From Mobula hypostoma (lineage: Eukaryota): a stretch of 64,000 nt of DNA. A program made the translations under genes and the position numbers. The stretch covers positions 36,148,001 to 36,212,000 of the forward strand of contig NC_086108.1 in NCBI RefSeq assembly GCF_963921235.1, read 5' to 3'. Under the pieces are notes generated by a model that saw nothing but the letters and a program-made list of their open reading frames with translations, ran no database searches and was not told the DNA's origin. This document shows positions 26,023 to 38,855 of this stretch, piece after piece (positions within the stretch are counted from its first letter, which is position 1; every line of letters starts with the position of its first letter).

Positions 26023-26759
26023 CAAACAACAGGAATTCTGCAGATGCTGGAAATTCAAGCAACACACATCAAAGTTGCTGGTGAACGCAGCAGGCCAGGC
26101 AGCATCTCTAGGAAGAGGTACAGTCGACGTTTCAGGCCGAGACCCTTCGTCAGGACCAAATGAAGGAAGAGTTAGTAAGAGACTTGAAAGTGGGAGGGGG
26201 AGATCGAAAATGATAGGAGAAGACAGGAGGGGGAGGAATGGAGCCAAGAGCTGGACAGGTGATTGGCAAAAGGGATATGAGAGGATCATGGGACAGGAGG
26301 TCCGGGGAGAAGGAACAGGGCGGGGGAACCCAGAGGATGGGCAAGGGGTATAGTCAGAGGGACAGAGGGAGAAAAAGGAGAGTGAGAGAAAGAATGTGTG
26401 TATATAAATAAATAACGGATGGGGTACGAGGGGGAGGTGGGGCATTAGCGGAAGTTAGAGAAGTCAATGTTCATGTCATCAGGTTGGAGCCTACCCAGAC
26501 GGAATATAAGGTGTTGTTCCTCCAACCTGAGTGTGGCTTCATCTTTACAGTAGAGGAGGCCGTGGATAGACATGTCAGAATGGGAATGGGATGTGGAATT
26601 AAAATGTGTGGCCACTGGGAGATCCTGCTTCCTCTGGCGGACAGAGCGTAGGTGTTCAGCAAAATGGTCTCCCAGTCTGCGTCGGGTCTCGCCAATATAT
26701 AGAAGGCCACATCGGGAGCACCGGACGCAGTACACCTACGCTCTGTCCGTAGGTGTACT
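26023..26759 (-). mobile_element. Penelope-like element, 3' fragment (GIY-YIG C-terminus + pLTR)
   Basis: YCVRCSRCGLLYIGETRRRLGDHFAEH...LEEQHLIFRLGRLQPDDMNIDF; hammerhead in the tail. Confidence 0.9.
26123..26156 (-). ncRNA. Minimal type I hammerhead ribozyme with intact core
   Basis: GTC CTGACGA AGGGTCTCGGCCT GAAAC GTC GAC: stem I GTC/GAC, core CUGANGA...GAAA, palindromic ACGU stem III, GUC cleavage triplet. Confidence 0.85.
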
Positions 26760-26820
26760 TCTATAGTCCGTATTTGTCTGTAAACAAATCATCTACCCAA
26801 AAAGAAATCCACTCTTAACA

Positions 26821-26832
26821 GTCCCTTCTCTT
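26821..26832 (-). promoter_or_regulatory. Polypurine tract
   Basis: AAGAGAAGGGAC immediately before the TGTT start of the 3' LTR. Confidence 0.8.
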
Positions 26833-29800
26833 GGCCCTCCTGGACAAATTAAATTTGTATCAGGAAAGGCCAACCTTGGAGGATCTGCTCAAATAGGGCA
26901 GCAAAAATGCCCTGTCTTGAAATTCCCCTCCAATTTTATGTACCTCGATATCTATCCTCGCATTACCTACCAGATGTTAAGCAGAGAGGCTGTTCCAAGT
27001 CTTTAGGAATGTGGCTCCTTTCGTGTGCCTGCTCTTTCCCTGCAGGCTGACTGCATCTTAATCACATTTCTTTGTCTTCAGCCCTTTATCCTCTGGTCAC
27101 TGAAACTCTCCTTCCAGGAGCACCCACAGGCTCTCTCATCGATGTACAGGAAGGGGTTGGGGTGGCCTCTACGTAAACGTCTGCAAGGACCTCTCCCTGG
27201 TGGCACCCCCTTCCGAACTGCCCGGTCGATCACTGGCCCAACTGCTGAAAAGGGCCCAATTCCTCAGACTGGGGTGACTGCTTCCAGATGCCGTGTGCAT
27301 TCTGAAATGCCATCGAAATGGTGGAACTTGCCGTCTCTGCTTTAACTGAGAAATCCCTCCCCGTCTACTTCCCAATAAATTTCTATATTATGGTATAAAA
27401 TTAATCACCTACCTTCAGCAACCAGCCTTCTTTATAGAGTACCATTGTCATCACACTTTAGCAGGCTATTCATGGTTTTCCAAAACGTTCTCAGTGTCTT
27501 CTGCCACGCTCTCGGCGTTTTCTGCCTTTGTTTTCTCCGGGTATGTTTTCATCAGCTGTGGTCAGGTCTGGCATGGCCGGCTGGTGTTCCTCTCTTAGGT
27601 TCTCTGTAATTACATAGTTACTGGGTACATTTGGTTCCCCACTCCGTCTGTGGGAGCAACAAGAGGGTGAGTTGTATGCTTTAACCTGAGTCCAGGTTTT
27701 CCACTGGCTGCCTCACCGAGTCTGTACACAGTTTGAGTGCTCTCTGTGGTCCTGTCCACCTGGGAGCAAATCCTGGCCTTTCTGGCAGCACCCTCACCAT
27801 AACTTGGTCGCCAGGCTGTGGAAGAGCTATTCCCTTTCCCTCTGGCTCTTTCTGATCAGTGATTTGCTGCTGCTGTTTCGCTCAGTCCTCTAATACTTTA
27901 AGCTGGTTACCAAGGTCTTTCACATATTGGGTCATTCTATCCCTGTAAGCCCCAGGCTCCCCGCAACCCGTAATTACTCCATAAGGGAGTCGCATTGCTC
28001 CCCCATCAATAATTCGTAGGGGCTGAGACCCAAAATGCGGTTCGGGGTTGCGCGCAATCTCATCGAGATTCCTGGTAATACATCCACTCATGTCTTTCCT
28101 GTCTCAGCTATAGCTTTGGCTAACGCATTCTTGATTGTTCGGTTCATCCTTTCTACCATCCCTGAACTCTGGGGGTGGTAAGGTACGTGGAATCGTTGTC
28201 GAATCCCTAGCAGTCGGCACATTTCCTTCATCACTTTCCCTGTGAAATATGTTCCCTGATCTGAATCCACCTGAACTGGAGTTCCCCATGCAGCGGTGTG
28301 GGTGGTGCAGTCCCTTGTTGGGAAAGCCTCTACCCACCAGGTGAAGTGATCCATAATTTCTAGAATGTAGCTTCTTCCCCTGCTTTTTGGCAGGGGCCCT
28401 GTGAAGTCTATCTGGATGTTTTCCCCGGGTCCCCTCGGCCGAGGCTGATCTGCCAGCTGTAGCTTGCTGCCCTTACCAGAGTTATGCTGGGCACAAATGA
28501 TACAATAGCAGCAGAATTTCTCAACATCCTTGCCCATCCCTGGCCACCACCAGTCCTACCGGAGTGTTGTGATCATGCTCTGCCTTCCATGATGCATCAC
28601 CCCATGATATAACTTCAGTAGTATCTGTCTAATACAATGTGGGGCCACCGCGACTGTTTCCTCCCCATGTGTCCAGTACCCATCTGGTCCCTCCTTTGCT
28701 CCTTTTCTCCTCCGTTTTTCCTTCTCTTCTGCCTCTACCTCTTCATATAATTTTACTAAGCTGGCTTCTGTTGTTTCCTCCTGCACACTTGCAATTTCAA
28801 TTGCCTCTTGTTCCTCTGCTGCTTTATTTGCAGTAATGTCTGCCCTCGGAGGGAAAACTTTATGTTCTGGAATGGCTGCAGTCTCTCTGAGTATCCCCTG
28901 GTGTTTTTGTTCCTTGGCTATACCCTTAACAGCGGTCAGTGTGTCAATTTGTATAGGGTCCTGCTTAGGGGGTTTATACAGACCCTCCTCTATTTTAACT
29001 GGGTCTATCTTTACCTGCCCACAATCTTGCTTGTCTCTTGCCCATACTGCTGGGAACTGCTGACAAAGTAACCCATAGACACCGTCCTGGCCCCTTTCTC
29101 TAATGATCGGGGCCGCTGCGCCTATGCTATCCAGGCCGTGTATTCTGTTGGTTGTACGCATTCACTGTCCCTGACTCGTCCATATTATTTCTCCTTTTCC
29201 TGAATCTATAACAGCTCCTGCTTCCCTTAGGATATCTATTCCAATGATCGTGCCTTCATTATTTGGACATCCCAAAAATACACTGGAAGCTGCACTCCCC
29301 CAATTTCTAGTATTTGCTTCTTGCTTCTTTCTGCTATTACTGTTTTTCCTCCTACACCCCTGAGATAACTGGCCTGTCCGGTTTTTGGTAAGGGCAAGTC
29401 TGTTATTGATACAGGTGCCCCCGTGTCCACTAATATATTGCATTGCTGTCCCCCTAACAAAGCCGTTATGTACATCCGTGAGTCATCAGAGCTGGCGGTG
29501 GAGCCCGCTGCCACATCCTTTTCTGCCTTAAGAGGCGCTGTCACTAACTCTTTAATCTGATTGACAGTCAGACTGGTAGCTGATGGGGTGAGTGACTGGG
29601 TGTCTGCTGTGACCTTTGCCTGGGTTTTCCCCCTCCCTTTTGGACACTGTCTCCAGCCATGTCCCAATAGGCCACAGCTGTAGCATGTCAACTCCTTCAC
29701 TGTCTTATACCTGGTCCAACAGTCCTTTGCTAGGTGCCTGGCTGCCGGCAAGCAAAGCAAACTCTCCGGGACATCACAGCAGCTGCATCCACTATACCCA

Positions 29801-30924
29801 CTTTACAATTTCTCTTGCCTTTTCATTGGTCTATCTCACTGGCCCGTGAAACTATCTCAGAGTGGTTGGACCCTACCATTATGCCTAAATCTAAAACTTC
29901 TTGGTGGGCTGAGCTCAGGCCTTCCTTCAGCATTTTTAGGACGACTAGGCCATCCCTCCCTTGGTTATCCAACCCGGAATACTCCTCGTACACTCAGTAT
30001 TTACGTTCTGCGTAATCCATGGCTATCTCGTCAGCCTTTTGAATCACTGCCATTATCATTTCCCAGCTACTCTCGCCTCCCTCCAGCCGCTGCGTCACTT
30101 CCCCTTTAAAAGAGCGATATCTTTCTTCATTACTGGCGCTCCTGGTAGTTGCCCATGTACCATCCCGCACCCCCTGGGCGATACTGTCCCACATGTTCCT
30201 TGGCCACTTTGCTTTCACTAACACGTGTGTATTTTTGGGGTGCATCTGGTGAATTTCAACCATTTCCTCGAGTTTGCGCCAGAATTCTGAATTCCCACAG
30301 GCAACTTTAAGTGACAGCAACTCGGACAAAATGCTCTGTTTCTCCCTGGGGTGAAGGGCTTATAAATAGTTGTAATCAAGGTCAAGGGTTGGCTCGGATC
30401 ATCAGGGTTCTCAACCTGACGTTGCCTGACCTCAATAGGTGCCACTCTGGTAGATCAATCTGGGTAAAACCTCTCCCTGAGATATCCCCACACTGCGCAA
30501 AATGTCATAGACGGGTAGCAGTTAAACAGTATATACTTAAAACCACAGAGTATGTATTCCACAATCTGCCACCTTTGGGTACCTGAACTCATAATGCCTG
30601 TTGTATTCCTTTGTATCACACTTGCACACGCATACACTAAAATGCAGCTCCCCGAACGAGTATACACGCCCCTACTCTGGCGTCCCGAACCGTACCGTTG
30701 GTTACCACCCTTCGCAACTGGTGGTCCAACTCTCACCAAGTTAACATGCAAAGATTGCTCACACATAAACACACATGCTCACACTACTTTAATATCTACC
30801 AGTTCCGCTCTCCACGTTCATGATACCTCTGACTGAACAAATCCAAGTGTGAGTGTTACTTTAGAAAAATACTCACCAACTTAAGACTGCTTGGCACGCT
30901 GGCCATATGACGGGTCACGAAGGT

Positions 30925-30942
30925 ATCCCACTCCTGACACCA
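30925..30942 (-). promoter_or_regulatory. Primer-binding site complementary to the tRNA-Leu(CAG) 3' end
   Basis: TGGTGTCAGGAGTGGGAT, 2 nt after the LTR; complementary to ...ATCCCACTCCTGACACCA of vertebrate tRNA-Leu(CAG) (recalled sequence). Confidence 0.9.
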
Positions 30943-30944
30943 AA

Positions 30945-31490
30945 TGTTGTAGCGTGGTTGAAATTACTGGAGAGAGAGAGTCACTGGTAGATACAAAGCA
31001 GCTCCTTTATTCGACACAACAAGGTACAGCAGGTATCTACGTACTGAGACGCTTTCTGCAGAAAGGTCTGCTAGCTAAATGTGGGCTCGATATTTATATG
31101 CTAAACACAAAGGCAATCACTACTTAAAAAGTTACAGACAATGCTTCCTTTTGAAGTTACATACAAATATCACACCTTCGGATTTCATCCTTCTGACGCC
31201 AACGTGTCTGAGTTGGTATCCACGGCCTTTAGTTCAATCCATAATACATTTATTTGACATTTTACGTGCTAACATAGAAGACAATTAATATTTATAATGT
31301 ATAGATAATACTGTCTTCGAAACTACAGCATCAGGCACCAGAAGCATCTCTGGTATTTACACCTTTTAGGAAGCCCATTGTGGTGGACTCAATCCACAGT
31401 CCTTTGTCAAACAGTTAAAATAGAAGTCTGGTGGCCAAAGTCATTTAAGTGTAAACAAATCATCTACCCAAAAAGAAATCCACTCTAACA
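30945..31490 (-). repeat. 5' LTR (546 bp, TGTT...AACA)
   Basis: First ~42 nt repeated at 26779-26820; TATAAA at 31093-31098 and AATAAA at 31006-31011 on the minus strand. Confidence 0.9.
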
Positions 31491-32218
31491 GCTAGCACTC
31501 AAATAAAAATATATGTGATTCAGCAGGGCTAGCAACATTTATTAATTGGGATATAGAATTAATATTTCTTGTTAGTAGCCTTTTGTCTACTTAAGGTTTA
31601 TAGTTTTTTTTGGCAGGACAAGATGAAACTAAGATTGGGCATTTGACATGTCCTTAAAATATTTGCCTAGATCAATGGTGGCAACTTGACTTTTAAGGAA
31701 GAATTTAGATTTACTCACTGCATTAAAGCTGGAGCACATAACAGAAGGTTTCACCTATACATCAATTATTGTCAGCATTTTCTTTCAGAGTGGTAATTAA
31801 ACCAAGCCATTTGTTTATGCGAGAGCTGGTGGTACAATCCAAAATAAGCACATTTTTTGTGTTTTGATTAAATTTGCTCATTCAACATAACAAAAGCAGA
31901 TTAAATGATCATTTATTATTGGTTTTGTGGATCTTTAAGTGTATTTTTTTTAGTTTGCAGAATGACAGATGTTATAAAAATATTATACTGAGGTTTTTCT
32001 GTTATGAATGTATAAATAGTATTTAAAATCACAGTATGCTTGCTCTTTTTTGTAGAAAATATTCCAAGAAGTTTATTTTGTGCTGACTTTAAAATCAAAT
32101 TTCTCATTAATATCTTCTTATCTTGTAACAAAATATAATAGCTCAATGTTCAAATTGGATTACTCATGTAGATTACAGATTTACATTAAAGAATGTGGGA
32201 ATTTTTTTTTAGGTTTGA

Positions 32219-32530
<312 letters not shown>

Positions 32531-33953
32531 TAAGGTTATTATGTTTTTATCTATGTGATTTTGAGAATGCACTTGGACTGTTTTTGTTCTGGAAATCTCC
32601 TGCCCTGTTGGAGCATGGGTCAGATTGCTTGGTTTTAGTGTCCAGGATGATGTGGCTGGAGTGTGATCAGAGCTTTGATGCTGGTGATGCTAACCCGAGA
32701 GAGGATGCTGAGATTGTTTGGTCTATCTTTTAATGATTACGGAGGATTTTGTGGATATAATAGTGGTTTTGCATCGTAAGTTGTATGTGCTTCCAAAACT
32801 TACTGGAGGTGAGGCTCACTGCTGGCCGATAGACTGAGCTTGTTGAAATGCTTGAGGTTTGATCTTCAATTTCTTAATTTAATTGTTGATGTCAGCCTTC
32901 ACTGAGAAGCAGCCCCAAGGTTTGAAAAGTGATCTCATTGTAGATCTTGATTTGGGAGGGAAACATTTTGTACTGCAAGCTTGGCAGATTGGGCCTTTTG
33001 TCTTCCAGATACTTCATAGAAGGCCTTTTTATGCTTCAGTGAAGGAATCAACAGTGACATGGAAATTATTGACATGATACAGGTGTATTCTAACTATAAA
33101 TCAATATTAAAAGCTGGGGTGACCTTGGTTCAGGAGTAAAGGTGACAAATGTTCAGTCGTTTCCTTTTCATTTTTAGATTAACAGTAATGAAATAAGAAA
33201 GGCTGAGAAGAGGGTTGATACAGCGTTGATTGACTCCAGTCTGTGGCAGACCCATTGGTTAGGATCACGATTTGCACATAATTATTCAGCAGAGGAAGAA
33301 CTGGGATAAACATCTGAGGAATGACTAAATTGAAAGAATTCTGTATGATCCCTCAATTGATAAAGTTGAAGTCACTCACCTGTATGTGGAAAAAAGCCAT
33401 GTACAGATATAGTAGATTGATTTGGATATTATTCCTAAGAGGGAGAAGAAATTTTAGTTTAAGTTTCTATCTTGGCCAGTTTTAAGCTGTTATAATAGTA
33501 ACAAAAATTGAATGCTTTTGGCAGAAGTCATGGAAGATTGTACTTGTGAATCAAATGCATCAGAGCTGTTTCTTCATAATGTGACAATTTCGTTTGTTTT
33601 TCCACTTAATTTGCTTGACATGGTGTGAATCAAATCTCATATGATGGTTAAGGATTTTAAAAAATATATATTTAAAAATGACACCATTTACTACTTCATT
33701 CTCAAGTTTCTACTATCAATGAAATACCTCTCATTGTAATTAAAATAGAAATTCAGGGTCCAAATTGCATCTGTCAAACCCCCATAATGTAGGAATTGTC
33801 AGGTAATTTGATTTTTGGATTAAACAATAGTTATTGGCTGAACAACAGGATAACTTCTCTTTAGCGTGGTACTATTGAATCTTCTTTTGCTTAAGATGTT
33901 GATGTAGTCTCAATTTAAGGTCTTATTCACAAAAGACACCTCTTTAAATGTAG

Positions 33954-34081
33954 ACAACAGGAATTCTGCAGATGCTGGAAATTCAAGCAACATACATCAA
34001 AGTTGCTGGTGAACGCAGCAAGCCAAGCAGCATCTGTAGGAAGAGTTGCAGTCGACGTTTCAGGCCGAGACCCTTCGATTG
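33954..34081 (-). mobile_element. 128-bp Penelope pLTR tail insertion
   Basis: 17-bp TSD CACCTCTTTAAATGTAG (33937-33953 and 34082-34098); nearly identical to 26026-26148. Confidence 0.9.
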
Positions 34082-34989
34082 CACCTCTTTAAATGTAGTA
34101 TTCCTTATTTCACTCAGTGAGCTTAATTTTTATTTATGGAAATGGATTGCACCTACAAATGAGACTTGCCCTCCACTAAACTAAATCTGGAAATATAATT
34201 AGGAAAGTTAACCTGGAATCTTATGGGAGCCCTCCTCTCTACTGATTATACCTGAAAACAAAAATTGGCATAACTGAACTCATGAAGCTGGTACTGATCT
34301 GACTGATGAGGCACCATGCACCTTTTCTTTTTGTAGATCTTATCACATGCTGGCGTTTGAAGGAGCCTTTTCCATAAAAGTGCTTTAATAAACTAAACTA
34401 CATTTTCAGGCTTAATAGCATGTCAGAGCTATTAAACACTTTGAATGTATCATTAATGTAACATCGAAAGTTCAAAAAAATTATAATTTTTGAGATTGAA
34501 AATGTTTTACTTTAAAAATAATGCAGAAGCAATTAAAAACATATGTTAATTCAAGAAAGGTCAATTACCTGAAACTTACCTGATTTTTTCAGAGCTATTT
34601 CTCCACTGAAATTAAGGGTGTTTCACGAACACACATTTACTGCAGCTAAGAGTTTTAGGAAGTTGGGCCTTCATGTTGGATTCCATGACTGAAGTCTGAT
34701 TGACAGCTCTAGGGTTTAGATCAAAGTTTAGATTTTTGTACTCTTGCAAACAGAGAATCTTAAACTTCCTAATAGTTATCATAGTTATTCTTTAGCAGTT
34801 GCCGCTTGTGGAATTTCTGGTACTTCTCTAAAATGTTCAAACCATTGTAGAAATTGCAAAAGATTTAAGTGAAAATTGATTTGATACATCAGCTGATGAC
34901 TGAAAATTCTCAAAGATATTGTCACTTTCATTTAAGAAAGCTCTTATTATTTGACTTCAATACAATTAAATAAATGTTCTTGGACTTCA

Positions 34990-35630
34990 GGATCAGACTT
35001 TATTATCACTGTCTTATATGATGTGCAATCGTTGTTTTGCAGCAGCAGTGATAGAGTGCAGAGGCATAAATTTACTCTGTATTGCGAACTAAATAAATAC
35101 TGCCTAAAAAGGGGAAATATTAGTTATGTTCATGGACTATAAATAAATCTGATGACAGAAGGGAAAAAGCAGTTCCTGAATCATTCAGTGTGTGTCCTTA
35201 GGCTCTGCTACAATCCCTCGATGGTAGTAACAAAAAGAGGGCATGGTGAGGGTCCTTAATGATGTATGCCTTCTTCTTGAGTCACCGACTTTTGAAGATG
35301 TCTTCGGTGGTGGGAAGGGTTATGCCCATGATGAAGCTGCCAGAGTTTACAATCCTCTGCAGCTTCTTGCAACCCTATGCAATGGAGCCTCCGTACGGGA
35401 CTGTGATGCAATCAGTCAGAATGTTTTCCACTATATTTCCATAGAAATTTGCAAGAGCCTTTGATGTATCACATCTCAAACTCTTAATGAAGTAGTGCTG
35501 CTGGTAGGTCTTCTTCATGATTGCATAAATGTATCCGGCCCAACACAGGTTCTCAGAAATGTTGACATGCAGAAATTTAAAACTGCTAATGCTTCTTACT
35601 GCTAATCCCTCAGTGAGATTTGATGTCTGT
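34990..35630 (-). mobile_element. Rex1/Babar-like LINE 3' fragment, old
   Basis: ISSFKFL...ISENL.W...NFYGNIVENILTDCITV.YG. Confidence 0.7.
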
Positions 35631-37021
35631 TTGATGACATGATGATGAAAAGTGAAGCTTAAGAGTGAACAAATGCTATTCTGATCCTCTAAAAGAATTG
35701 TGGATCTTGACTTCAAAGATCAATTATCCTAACATCAACAATGAGGGAAATGTCTGATTCTGACAAGATTCCTTCTTATGCTCTTAGAAATTATAAATTG
35801 CAAATTGCAAGAATTAAAACATGGTTGGGCCTCATCAATTAAAGCAGTGAATTGAGACATTTAATGTTTTTACAAGTGCATTTGTTCCAACTAATGTGAT
35901 TAGAGTTTGCAGGAAACATCTTCAAAGTAAAAGTAAATTTATTATCAAAGTACAATACATATTTGTCACCATATACTACACTGAGATTTATTTTCTTGTG
36001 AGCATTAACAGTAGATACAAAGAAACACAATAGAATCAATGAAAAGATGACAAACAACCAATGTACAAAAGATGACAAATTATGCAAATACAGAAAAAAA
36101 CTAATAGATACATGATAAATAATATTGAGAACATGAGTTGTAGAGTGCTTGAAAGTGGGCCCATTGGATGTGGAATCAGTTCAGTGTTGAGGTGAGTGAA
36201 GTTGTCCACTCTGGTTCAGGAGCCTGATGTATGCTGGGTAACAATCAGGTTCCTGTACTTCCTGATGGCAGCAATGAGAAGAGAACATAGTCTGGTTGGT
36301 GGGAGTCCTTTTTACTTTCCCGAGCCATTGCTCCTTGTGAACGTGTTCAATGGTGGGAAGGACTTTACCTGCGACGGACTGGCTATATCTACTATTTTTT
36401 GTAGGATTTTCCATTCAAAGGTACCAGTGTTTCCATACCATTCAGTACACCAGTTTGTCAAAGTTTTAGACGACTTGCCAAATCTTTGTAAATTTCTAAG
36501 AAAGTAGAGGCACTGCTGTGCCTTTTTTTTAATGGGATTTACACTATGTGCTGGACCCATCCTCTCAAATGATAATGCCGAGGAATTTAAAATAACTGAC
36601 CCTGTTAAACCTTGCTTCTAATTATTACCCGTAACCCGATGCTAGAACAAACAGTACTACAGAGGATAAAGCAACAGCTTTTTTATTAGTAGCTTGCTAC
36701 TGGAGAGAGAGCACTTCTTAGGCACACACAGGGCCTGTACCGGTGGTCTCTCTCTCTGAAGCACACAGATACAGTGTCTTTTTATACCCTTTTTGTCATG
36801 TAGCAGGAGACAATTTTTTAGCTACCCCCATAGTCACATGCCCAGCAATAGTGGTATTTTGAGACAAAGACCCCTTAGTTATCTTAAAAGGCCAAAGGCC
36901 GTCTAAGTCAGACAATGTGCAAGATGAGGTAGTTCCTCATTTTTCAACCTTATTTCCACATTTTTTAGACAGAATGTAATTAAATTACCACATCTTGCTG
37001 GTGAAACAAGGATTGCAAGGT

Positions 37022-38257
37022 CATTCATAGAACATTCATAGAAAATAGGTGCAGGAGTAGGCCATTCAGCCCTTCGAGCCTGCACCGCCATTCAGTATGA
37101 TCATGGCTGATCATCCAACTCAGAACCCTGTACCAGCCTTCACCCCATACCCCCTGATCCCTTTAGCCACAAGGGCCATATCTAAATCCCTCTTAAATAT
37201 AGCCAATGAACTGGCCTCAACTGTTTCCTGTGGCAGAGAATTCCACAGATTCACCACTCTCTGTGTGAAGAAGTTTTTCCTCATCTCCGTCCTAAAAGGC
37301 TTCCCCTTTATCCTCAAACTGTGACCCCTCGTTCTGGACTTCCCCAACATCAGGAACAGTCTTCCTGCATCCAGCCTGTCCAATCCCTTTAGGATTTTAT
37401 ATGTTTCAATAAGATCCCCCCTCAATCTTCTAAATTCCAACGAGTATAAGCCTAGTCGATCCAGTCTTTCATCATATGAAAGTCCTGCCATCCCAGGAAT
37501 CAATCTGGTGAAGCTTCTTCTCAGATTAGGGGACCAAAACTGCACACAATACTCCAGGTGTGGTCTCACCAAGGCCTTGTACAACTGCAGTAGTACCTCC
37601 CTGCTTCTGTACTCGAATCCTCTTGCTATGAAAGCCAGCATACCATTTGCCTTTTTCACCGCCTGCTGTACCTGCATGCTCACTTTCAATTACTCGTGTA
37701 CAATGACACCCAGGTCTCGTTGCACCTCCCCGTTTCCTAATCGGCCACCATTCAGATAATAATCTGTTTTCCAGTTTTTGCCACCAAAGTGGATAACTTC
37801 ACATTTATCCACATTAAATTGCATCTGCCATGAATTTGCTCACTCACCTAACCTATCCAAGTCACCCTGCAACCTCTTAGCATCCTCCTCACAGCTAACA
37901 CTGCCACCCAGTTTCGTGTCATCTGCAAACTTGGAGATGCTGCATTTAATTCCCTCATCTAAGTCATTAATATATATTGTTAACAACTGGGGTCCCAGCA
38001 CTGAGCCTTGTGGTACCCCACTAGTCACTGCCAGCCAGTCTGAAAAGGTCCTGTTTATTCCCACTCATTGCTTCCTGTCTGCCAACCAATTCTCTATCCA
38101 CATCAATACCATACCCCCAATACGATGTGCTTTAAGTTTGCACACTAATCTCCTGTGTGGGACCTTGTCAAAAGCCTTTTGAAAATCCAAATATACCACA
38201 TCCACTGGTTCTCCCCTATCCACTCTACTAGTTACATCCTCAAAAAATTCTATGAGA
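37022..38257 (-). mobile_element. CR1 LINE 3' part inserted into the ERV
   Basis: Near-identical reverse complement of 60873-62115; FADD motif; small internal deletion near 37515. Confidence 0.93.
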
Positions 38258-38855
38258 ACAATGACCACATACATACTGACACCCTTTGGGTAGGGAAACA
38301 CACCTTTTTTGAGTACAGGTGCATGAAAACTTCCCTTGTTTTATTCTGCAATCATGATTCAGACACCGCTTTTCAATGCAGAGGATGTTCTTAGGGACTT
38401 TGGCAATTACACACCTCCATCCTAATCCCCGGAAACAGAAAGGGTAGCCTTGGATGCCCCTACAGCTACAGTTAGTGACCCAACGTCCCTCTTCCCAATC
38501 ATCATTTCGTTGCATTCGTGCCTTTAGCCAGGACCGAGTTCTCCAGCACTTGGATTGCCAGTTCTCAGAGGTCCACCCAGAGGTACCATTCAGACTTTCC
38601 ACACACCGTCCCCTACTACCTCTTGTAAATCTTCCCTTATCACCTTTACAGTCTCTGCCTGACCTATCCTCTTCCACTAAATCCTCCCACCTCCTTTCAG
38701 ATGGGTTAGCCACGAATAGTGCCTCCACAGATTGAACTAAGGGGTAACATACAGTTCTATTACCATATAATCGCATATGCGTTTCATAAAAGAGATTATT
38801 TTCCAAAGTATCTGATAGTACAAATATAAAGAGTCCAAGTCCAACAACAATCACT
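38258..38855 (-). pseudogene. Env-like surface glycoprotein N-terminal fragment
   Basis: Hydrophobic leader VIVVGLGLFIFVLS, NNLFY motif, sequons NRT/NGT/NCS, many Cys; located between IN and the 3' LTR. Confidence 0.65.

Larger units (their letters stand above)
26779..31490 (-). mobile_element. Retrovirus-like LTR retroelement encoding gag-pro-IN, lacking RT/RNase H and env; 3' LTR truncated
   Basis: 5' LTR 30945-31490; tRNA-Leu PBS; CCHC knuckle CYSCGLLGHGWRQC; protease LVDTGA...IGIDIL; integrase HHCC and IDF...SDQG...GMVER; PPT; 3' LTR stub 26779-26820. Confidence 0.92.

Noticed and set aside
30925..30942. tRNA-Leu gene fragment
   Set aside because: Exactly 18 nt including CCA and adjacent to an LTR, so it is a PBS.
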